DNA of 18,947 nucleotides from Oligoflexales bacterium. GTDB taxonomy: Bacteria; Bdellovibrionota_B; Oligoflexia; Oligoflexales; Bog-1112. Of this stretch, positions 7,827 to 14,757 are shown piece after piece. The notes under the pieces were generated by a model. That model saw only the letters and a program-made list of their open reading frames with translations, made no database searches and was not told where the DNA came from. Each line of letters begins with the position of its first letter. Within the stretch, counting starts at the first letter, position 1. The DNA lies in contig JBGCDR010000455.1 of NCBI GenBank assembly GCA_045105515.1, positions 1 through 18,947 of the forward strand. The letters run 5' to 3'. The translations under genes were made by a program, and so were the position numbers.

Positions 7827-8508
7827 TGGGTACCAAAATCCTGATTTAGTTATCTATGGTGGTAGTTTTGATCCTCCGCATCTTGGGCATGAATATTGTA
7901 TAAAGACGTGCTTAGATTTTTTCCCAGAGACAAAAATCTTGGTTGTTCCGGCAAATGCCCCTGTTTCTATTGCTAAGGCTCTGAAACCTGCAACAGCAAA
8001 CTTTAATAAGCGTCTTGAAATGTGTCGTCTTGCTTTTGAGAATGAGCACGAGCTCAGGGTGTCAGTTAGTTCCATTGAGGCTGAAATTGATCCTCCAAAT
8101 TTTACTTTAAAGACCCTCAAAATTCTAAAACAGAAGCTGCCTCAAGCTCGTCTGTGTTTTCTTATGGGAGAAGACCAGTGGGAAAAGTTTTCAGAGTGGA
8201 ACGAGCCACTAGAAATTCTTCAGCTTACTTCTGTTTTTGTTGTGAGAAGGGAGCCTGGTGCATCTGGGCTAAAAGAAAAAATAAAGTCTGTTTGCAAAGA
8301 TTTGGGATTAGAACATGTAGGTCAGAAACATGAAAATGTTGTGACTATACCTTCTTGTAATACCTTTGTTTGCTATCGGGATATAAAACCGATATTGCTG
8401 GCTAGCAGTGATCTAAGAACTTCTATTGCAGACCAGGGGAAAATAAGTAGGGACGAAGTTTCAGAAGAAATTAAGTCATATATTTTTTCCCATGGACTCT
8501 ATCATTGA
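7813..8508 (+). CDS. nadD: Nicotinate-nucleotide adenylyltransferase
   Basis: YGGSFDPPHLGH (HxGH), FTLKTL, LMGEDQW and ASSDLR motifs; obg-nadD-rsfS synteny. Start may be ATG 7813 or GTG 7798; both overlap the obgE 3' end. Confidence 0.9.
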   Translation: MPLPNGYQNPDLVIYGGSFDPPHLGHEYCIKTCLDFFPETKILVVPANAPVSIAKALKPATANFNKRLEMCRLAFENEHELRVSVSSIEAEIDPPNFTLKTLKILKQKLPQARLCFLMGEDQWEKFSEWNEPLEILQLTSVFVVRREPGASGLKEKIKSVCKDLGLEHVGQKHENVVTIPSCNTFVCYRDIKPILLASSDLRTSIADQGKISRDEVSEEIKSYIFSHGLYH

Positions 8509-8520
8509 AAGGATAAGTGC

Positions 8521-8868
8521 GTGAGCATTGAGTTAGTTAAAGCAGCATGGAAGGCTGCTCAAGATAAAAAAGCTAAAAGGCTAGTTTTTCTTGACTTGAG
8601 AGGAAAATCTGACGTTTGTGACTACCAGATCATTTGCTCGGGGGATACAGACAAACAAACCAAGGCTATTTGTGATTCAGTTGAGGAAACTTGTCTACAA
8701 GAAGTCAAGCTTAAGCCAGCTGCCATTGAAGGAAGAGGAAGTGGGCATTGGATACTTCTCGACTATGGTGGAGTTATGGTTCATATATTTATTAATCAAC
8801 TTAGAGATTATTATGCTTTAGAAAGCTTGTATCCTAAATCTATTGCCAGCACTCCTTTCGATGACTAA
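8521..8868 (+). CDS. rsfS: Ribosome silencing factor RsfS (Iojap)
   Basis: AAQDKKA..LDLR..DYQIICSG..WILLDYGGVMVHIF..RDYYALESLY; GTG start with AAAGGA SD. Confidence 0.95.
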   Translation: MSIELVKAAWKAAQDKKAKRLVFLDLRGKSDVCDYQIICSGDTDKQTKAICDSVEETCLQEVKLKPAAIEGRGSGHWILLDYGGVMVHIFINQLRDYYALESLYPKSIASTPFDD

Positions 8869-8934
8869 GGCAATGGTATGAGTCTCTTGCCTTTATAGAT
8901 TCGTCTCTCTATTTCTAAATTCCTGAAAGCTTGC

Positions 8935-9109
8935 GTTATTTCGATTTAGGCCGAGAAATCCATCTTTGCCCTAAGATCTCTCCATTTCCCTCCTTTGCTA
9001 AAGCAAGGCGGGTCAGTCGAGATGATTGGTTGCTGAGTTGTCAGTCAAGATGGCTTTTGTTGAATCTTTGAGTGTTTGAATTTGTCATTTCGAGCTTGTC
9101 GAGAAATCC
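8935..9109. repeat. Cluster of GTCAT-type palindromic REP-like repeats
   Basis: GTTATTTCGA-TTTAGGC-CGAGAAATCC (8935-8961) and TGTCATTTCGA-GCTTGT-CGAGAAATCC (9083-9109) are direct copies. GATCTCTCCA...TCGAGATGAT (8975-9026) is an inverted copy. Confidence 0.65.
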
Positions 9110-9147
9110 CCTTTCACCGCATCCTTAGGGTAGCAAAGGATTTTTTT

Positions 9148-9750
9148 ATGGCATCATGTGTAGCCTGCAATAAACTTCCACCTAACGGTTCGAAAGAGCT
9201 CAATAAAAATTTCTGTAATGCTTGCTTTGACTGCTTGGAAGAACCCGGATTTTTCTACCCCATCGGTTCTAGTCTCTATTCATATAAAGGTGTGATCAGA
9301 GATTTAATCCTGAGGACAAAAGTTGGCAGAGATCATACGCTTTTAAAAGTACTAGTAGATCTTTTTTTACATCACCCTAGTACTAAGAGAGAGCTTGATC
9401 TTTGTGAGTGCATTATGCCAGTGCCATCAAGTTTTTCAGGTCGTATTCGTGGGAGCATAGATATAACTTATTTTCTTGCCCGCGAATGTGCCTACCATTG
9501 GAACAAAAAGTTGATGATTGCGCCGATCGCCAATCATTGGCGAATATTTAAGCGCTCAAAGCAGAAGTTGAGGTCTGCCCGGCAGTTGAATTTTCCGGTG
9601 AGAAGGGATAGTATACCCACTTTACTTATCGATGATGTAATTACGACCGGATTTTCTCTTTTACAATTGGCTTACAAACTAGAAAATTCTCAGTGTCGTT
9701 TTTTGACACTTGGTAACGCCTATTCCATTCGTGAATATCAATTAGAATAA
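9148..9750 (+). CDS. comF: ComF-family protein (zinc ribbon plus phosphoribosyltransferase-like domain)
   Basis: CVAC...CNAC zinc ribbon, IMPVPSS, and PRTase loop LLIDDVITTGFSL. ATG 9148 has an AAGGA SD and is preferred over TTG 9076, whose extension runs through a repeat. Confidence 0.8.
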   Translation: MASCVACNKLPPNGSKELNKNFCNACFDCLEEPGFFYPIGSSLYSYKGVIRDLILRTKVGRDHTLLKVLVDLFLHHPSTKRELDLCECIMPVPSSFSGRIRGSIDITYFLARECAYHWNKKLMIAPIANHWRIFKRSKQKLRSARQLNFPVRRDSIPTLLIDDVITTGFSLLQLAYKLENSQCRFLTLGNAYSIREYQLE

Positions 9751-9768
9751 AACCTTACGGAGTCCGCG

Positions 9769-12504
9769 ATGAGCAAGCCGACTACTTCCGAAATTGGAAA
9801 TATGACCCCTATGATGCAGCAATACTACCAACTGAAGGTAAAAAGTGGCGAAGCTGTGCTCTTTTTTCGCATGGGTGATTTTTATGAAATCTTCGGTGAA
9901 GAAGCAGAGGAAGTTGCTCCGAAATTGGAAATCGCACTGACCAGCCGTGAGCGAGGCGATAAAAATAGGATACCATTCTGTGGAGTCCCGCATCACAGTG
10001 CTCCTAGCTACTGGCTAAAACTCCTCAAGCTTGGTTATAAAGTGGCGATAGCCGATCAAGTAGAAGACGCCTCGCTAGCCAAGGGACTTGTAAAACGAGA
10101 TATCATAAAAATTATGAGTCCTGGCTGCATCGATGAGTTAGAGGGCTTGACTAGTGATGAGCCGAATTATGTAATGGCAGCTTATGAATGCCCAGAATCT
10201 AAGGTATGGAGTTTGGCAGTTGCTGATATTTCTACTGGGGAGCTGCGCCTTGGTGCTGCCAAGTCCTTCGATCATCTTAGAGAACAGGTCGAGGTTTTTC
10301 AGCCTAAGGAATTGTTGGTACGACGCTTTTGCCAAGACAAAGTAAATTCCTTATTAGATTCTTATTGCAAACGTAATCATTTGCTCATTGGCCCTCTCCC
10401 AGAAGGAATTTTGCGTGATGAGGCAAAGCAGCTCGAAGTTCTTAAGAATGTCTTCAACCTTGATTCCCTGACTGAACATCCTTGTGGGGCAGTTTCTGGT
10501 GGCCAGGTTCTAATAGCGGCTTTGCTTAGCCATTTTTTGAGCATGCAGGCAGCAACTAAACAGTTTTTGACAGTTAAGCCATTGCATGAACCTGATTGTT
10601 TTAGTTTGAATGAGACAGTCATCCGAGATCTGGAAATTTTCGAAACATCGCATCTTCGCAAGACTGACGGAAGTCTTTTTAAGCAGATAAACCAAACTCT
10701 TTCTCCTATGGGATCGAGAGCTCTGAGGTGGAGTCTCGCTCATCCCTATCAAAAGGAGGAACCTATCAGACAACGGCATGAGGCGGTAAAATATCTCATA
10801 GAGCAAGGAGACACCTTCCTAGGTAAGTTAAGGCTTACACTTAAAGGCTTATCAGATTTGGAGAGGCTTTCGTGCAGAATCTTAGGTGGGCATGCACGCC
10901 CTCTTGAACTAGCTAGGGCCCGGGATGCTTTGCAAAAAGCAAGGTCTATTCGCTTGTTGTTTAGCCAAGCACAAGCTGTCCAAAATGAGTTTCTGGCAAA
11001 TATCATAGAGCGGTTTTCTGATGCGGAATCAGTCTTAAGTGAACTGGAACATGCCCTTCAGGAATCTCCCAGTTCTCTCGGAGAGGGTAGTGAAGTTTTT
11101 AAATATGGTTTTGATGAAACTCTAGATAAGCTCGTCTCTTATTCTCTAGGAGGACAGAAGAAGGTAGAAGAGTATTGTGAATTGTTGCGGCAACGTACGG
11201 GTATATCGAGTCTAAAAATAAAGTCCCATAAAACTTTTGGCCTTGTGATTGAAGTTACAAAATCAAATTTAGGTAAAATACCAGATGATTTTATCCGACG
11301 CCAAACCATGGTTAACTGTGAGAGGTTTGTTACTGATGAGCTGAAAGACCTAGATGAAACACTGGTCTCTGCTAAGGAAAAGGCAATTGCTAGAGAAAGT
11401 GATTTATATCAAGAATTATTGGAAAAGCTCAGCACGTTTAAAGATTCATTTAGCATGGTTTCTAGTTATCTGGGCCTTATCGACTTGATTCAGAGTTTTG
11501 CATGGCTGGGCGTTCAATGGGATTTTTGTTTGCCTAAACTTATTGGTCATCGTGAAGCTTTCGTACTGGAAGCATCTAGACATCCAGTTGTCGAGCACTT
11601 TGTTGGGAGGCATAATTTTGTTCCAAATGACATACGTATGGATGGGAAAAGTAGACAACTATTGATTACTGGGCCCAATATGGCTGGTAAATCAACTGTA
11701 ATGCGTCAGGTTGCAATCTGTGCGATTTTGAGCCAAATAGGTTGTTTTGTTCCTGCAAGAAGAGCTGAAATACCATTGTTTGATGGTGTTTTTACCAGGG
11801 TTGGTGCTGCTGATGATCTTTCTCGTGGTCTGTCTACATTTATGGTAGAGATGACTGAAGCTGCTTTTATTCTGAGAAATGCAACGGAAAAAAGCCTTGT
11901 TATCTTAGATGAGGTAGGGCGAGGTACATCTTCGGAAGATGGCCTAGCAATCGCATCGGCAATCCTGGAACATATTGCGAAGCGTATAAAATGCTGGACT
12001 ATGTTTGCGACTCACTACCATGAATTGGTCGATCTTGCTGCCAAAGAAGCTTCAGTTCATTTGGTCCAGACTGAAGTTGTTGAGAATAAAGGAAAAATAT
12101 CTTTCACTCATAGGCTCGTTTCAGGAGCAAGTGGTAGCTCATTCGGGCTTGAGGTGGCTCAATTGGCAGGAGTTCCTGACTCGGTTTTAAAGCGAGCTAA
12201 ACATTACGTAGGAACAAGCAAAGAACAGATAAATAGGCAGGTAGATTTAGTTTCTGGCAGTGAACGCAAGGGTGCATCGGTTGCTAAAAAATCTGATCCC
12301 CGCTTGTTTTCAAAACAGCAAGAGAATCCATTTTCTTTGACTGCTCAGGAAAGCGAAAATTATCCTCGACCCTTGACAGAAAAACTTGAAAGGATAAAAA
12401 TTAACAAAACCACACCATTGCAAGCTTTGAATATACTTAGTGACTTAAAATCCATGTTAAATGAGCCTTCTCAAAGAAGCTTATTTCAGGATAGACAAAA
12501 CTAG
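9769..12504 (+). CDS. mutS: DNA mismatch repair protein MutS
   Basis: TPMMQQY, FFRMGDFYE, Walker A TGPNMAGKST, STFMVEM, DEVGRGTS, FATHYHEL and C-terminal TPLQALNIL. Confidence 0.98.
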   Translation: MSKPTTSEIGNMTPMMQQYYQLKVKSGEAVLFFRMGDFYEIFGEEAEEVAPKLEIALTSRERGDKNRIPFCGVPHHSAPSYWLKLLKLGYKVAIADQVEDASLAKGLVKRDIIKIMSPGCIDELEGLTSDEPNYVMAAYECPESKVWSLAVADISTGELRLGAAKSFDHLREQVEVFQPKELLVRRFCQDKVNSLLDSYCKRNHLLIGPLPEGILRDEAKQLEVLKNVFNLDSLTEHPCGAVSGGQVLIAALLSHFLSMQAATKQFLTVKPLHEPDCFSLNETVIRDLEIFETSHLRKTDGSLFKQINQTLSPMGSRALRWSLAHPYQKEEPIRQRHEAVKYLIEQGDTFLGKLRLTLKGLSDLERLSCRILGGHARPLELARARDALQKARSIRLLFSQAQAVQNEFLANIIERFSDAESVLSELEHALQESPSSLGEGSEVFKYGFDETLDKLVSYSLGGQKKVEEYCELLRQRTGISSLKIKSHKTFGLVIEVTKSNLGKIPDDFIRRQTMVNCERFVTDELKDLDETLVSAKEKAIARESDLYQELLEKLSTFKDSFSMVSSYLGLIDLIQSFAWLGVQWDFCLPKLIGHREAFVLEASRHPVVEHFVGRHNFVPNDIRMDGKSRQLLITGPNMAGKSTVMRQVAICAILSQIGCFVPARRAEIPLFDGVFTRVGAADDLSRGLSTFMVEMTEAAFILRNATEKSLVILDEVGRGTSSEDGLAIASAILEHIAKRIKCWTMFATHYHELVDLAAKEASVHLVQTEVVENKGKISFTHRLVSGASGSSFGLEVAQLAGVPDSVLKRAKHYVGTSKEQINRQVDLVSGSERKGASVAKKSDPRLFSKQQENPFSLTAQESENYPRPLTEKLERIKINKTTPLQALNILSDLKSMLNEPSQRSLFQDRQN

Positions 12505-12550
12505 TCTTTGTCCGTAGAATTAATGGCGGATTTTGCTTGAAATCCTTGGT

Positions 12551-12580
12551 TTGCAGAAAAAATAAAAATATTGGTATACT
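12551..12580 (+). promoter_or_regulatory. Sigma70-type promoter for dksA
   Basis: TTGCAG, 18 nt, TATACT with an extended -10 TGn (TGG TATACT), 57 bp upstream of the ATG. Confidence 0.55.
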
Positions 12581-12637
12581 ACGGTTTGTAGTTATGAAAA
12601 TAACGAAACAAAATGAAGTTGTGTTAAGGGGTGACCC

Positions 12638-13090
12638 ATGACTGAAGCGAAATCAGATGATTTCCTGGAAGAAATGCCTAAAGTTGCAGAGTCCGAACTG
12701 TTCTCTCATGAAGAGCTCGAAAAATTCTGGCTAATCCTTTCGAAGGAAAAAAGAAAGATTATTAACAATGCTAAAAATGCTGTGAAAGCAGGCAGTATCA
12801 AGCTTGATACAAATGAAATGATGGATGAAGTTGATTTAGCATCAGCAACTATAGAACAAAACCTAACTTTCCGCCTTTTAGATCGAGAGAGAAAACTGCT
12901 TGCAGAGGTTGAGCATGCTCTCAATAAAATAAAGTCTGGGGATTATGGTTACTGTGAGGGGACTGGTGAACCTATTCCAAAAAGGCGTCTGGAGCTTGCA
13001 CCTTGGACTCGTCACAGTGTGAAGCATAAGGAACAGCTCGAAAAGATGAAAAAGTCTGGTCGAGGTGTTGTTGATGAGGACAGAAGCTAG
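12638..13090 (+). CDS. dksA: RNA polymerase-binding transcription factor DksA (DksA/TraR family)
   Basis: Coiled-coil tip DEVDLA (DxxDxA), DRERKLL..ALNKI..GDYGYCEGTGEPI..RRLELAP; 150 aa. Confidence 0.88.
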   Translation: MTEAKSDDFLEEMPKVAESELFSHEELEKFWLILSKEKRKIINNAKNAVKAGSIKLDTNEMMDEVDLASATIEQNLTFRLLDRERKLLAEVEHALNKIKSGDYGYCEGTGEPIPKRRLELAPWTRHSVKHKEQLEKMKKSGRGVVDEDRS

Positions 13091-13153
13091 GTTTTGTTTA
13101 AACTTTAGCTAGCTGCTAAATCACCAAAATCCAAGCTCTGTATCACCTCCAGC

Positions 13154-14452
13154 TTATAAAGCGCTACATCCATCAGGTGCATCAATTGAAAGGTCGCTAA
13201 GAAGAGTGTCCATAGAACCACACATTTCTTTTGCATCTTCTTTAGCTTGGGTTAGTTTTTCTTGATCTTCAGCACTTAAACTATCCTGCTGTGCTTCTAG
13301 CTCAGCAATTTTATCCACAACCGTGTCCACTTGACTGTTAAGGTTAGCAACAATCTGGCTACCAAGTTGGTTCTTTAGAGCGCTTGTTTGGCCTGAAACC
13401 TCACTGACGGTATTGCTTGCTTGGCTTGCTTTTGATTCAATCTCCTCGAGAGCTTTAGTTAGGGAACCAGTAACTGAAGCATCAATTCCTTCAATGTACT
13501 CGAAAGAACCTACAGCTTTTTTAAGATCATTCATCAATTCGAATAGCATCGAACCTTGGTTAGTATCGAAGATAGTGGTAACGTTGGAGACTACTTCACT
13601 AGTAGCTTCAGTAATGGCTGATAGATTGCTAATATCGAAGTTTGATGATGCTGTAGATAATGCTGAAATTCTCTTGAATATATTTGAACTATTTTGAGCA
13701 CTAGAAGAGCTACTACTAGAGGTGGCCTCATCATCGGTATATAAAAGTACAAGGTTAAAGATCAAGACTTCAGCTAAATGACTCATAAAAAATACGAAGT
13801 ATGATTTTGCGGGGACTACAGAAGTTCCTTCAAAGGGTTCACATTGGTAACGGTTGTGGATGATGCTTCCATCAGTTTGTCGGAGTTCTTCGGCGATTAG
13901 AGGGCAGACGGTTTTTATTGCTTTGTTTAGATATTTTAGTGTGGGGATAGTTGCTCTTGCTGAGCTTCCATCCGAATGATCTCCTGGATAATTGGGGACG
14001 TAGACAGTTAGATCTTTTAAGATATTATTATCGGCAAGATCACTTTTTGTTCCCAGCAAGCCGAACTCATCTGTAGAAACAGAAACAATACCTGACAAAG
14101 TATTGAGAATATCAGCTGTGCCGCCGCTACTTGATGTGTCTGTGGAAATTTCAATTAGTTTTCCTACAAGTTCGAACAATCCAAAACCTGCTAGTGCTAA
14201 TTCATTTGATGCTTTCAATTCAATGACGGCTTCATTGTTTTTAGTAAAAGCTGATGCCGATTCGAGAAGTTTTAACGAGTCTTCAAAGTCTCCGGTATCA
14301 TGTAATGCTTGAGCTTTTGCTAGTAAGGAATCAACCCGTTCTTCATCGGTACTTCTGACAAATAAGAGATTGTTAATATTTGAACTACTACCACAACTGG
14401 TTATAAAGATGAGCACGTACGCGATAAAAATTTTTGGATTGAATGCTATCAT
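13154..14452 (-). CDS. Hypothetical lipoprotein, helical, with N-terminal TPR-like segment
   Basis: Signal peptide with lipobox ITSC-G, GAGGAAGG SD, TPR-like LLAKAQALHDTGDFEDSLKLLESA, Ser-rich linkers, C-terminal coiled coil and paired Cys; 432 aa. Confidence 0.8.
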   Translation of the reverse strand: MIAFNPKIFIAYVLIFITSCGSSSNINNLLFVRSTDEERVDSLLAKAQALHDTGDFEDSLKLLESASAFTKNNEAVIELKASNELALAGFGLFELVGKLIEISTDTSSSGGTADILNTLSGIVSVSTDEFGLLGTKSDLADNNILKDLTVYVPNYPGDHSDGSSARATIPTLKYLNKAIKTVCPLIAEELRQTDGSIIHNRYQCEPFEGTSVVPAKSYFVFFMSHLAEVLIFNLVLLYTDDEATSSSSSSSAQNSSNIFKRISALSTASSNFDISNLSAITEATSEVVSNVTTIFDTNQGSMLFELMNDLKKAVGSFEYIEGIDASVTGSLTKALEEIESKASQASNTVSEVSGQTSALKNQLGSQIVANLNSQVDTVVDKIAELEAQQDSLSAEDQEKLTQAKEDAKEMCGSMDTLLSDLSIDAPDGCSAL

Positions 14453-14629
14453 TAGCTGATCCTTCCTCTTATGAGATAGATTCTGTGAACCTGATTCGGC
14501 AAATTAGACCGAATATCTTATTTTGTGACTCCTCTTATTGTAACACTATATATTTGAATGGATGTAACCTAATAAACTTGTGGGTGAAACAATAATATTT
14601 GTATTTTGTTTATATTTTCTTCAAATTGA

Positions 14630-14672
14630 GTAGACTGGGCAAATGTGTTTCGCTTTGGGCGAGCTGCCCAGC
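14630..14672 (+). repeat. GTAG-type REP-like palindrome
   Basis: GTAG-A-CTGGGCA...TGCCCAG-C with inner TTCGC/GCGAG; a GC-rich patch in AT-rich intergenic DNA. Confidence 0.45.
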
Positions 14673-14757
14673 CTTCTGTGCCCAATTATAGCGATTATCC
14701 TTTAGAACCTAAGACTGATTTTCTTTTAGTCATCTTTGCATAAAAAAGGGGAGAAGA

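Noticed and set aside
8867..8893. AAGGCAA/TTGCCTT hairpin after rsfS as a terminator
   Set aside because: 13 nt loop and poor U-tract; too weak to call.
9076..9147. 24 aa N-terminal extension of ComF from TTG 9076
   Set aside because: It translates the palindromic repeat; ATG 9148 has an SD and starts right at the zinc ribbon.
12510..12534. GTCCGT/GCGGAT hairpin after mutS as a terminator
   Set aside because: Short stem with two G-U pairs and a 10 nt loop.
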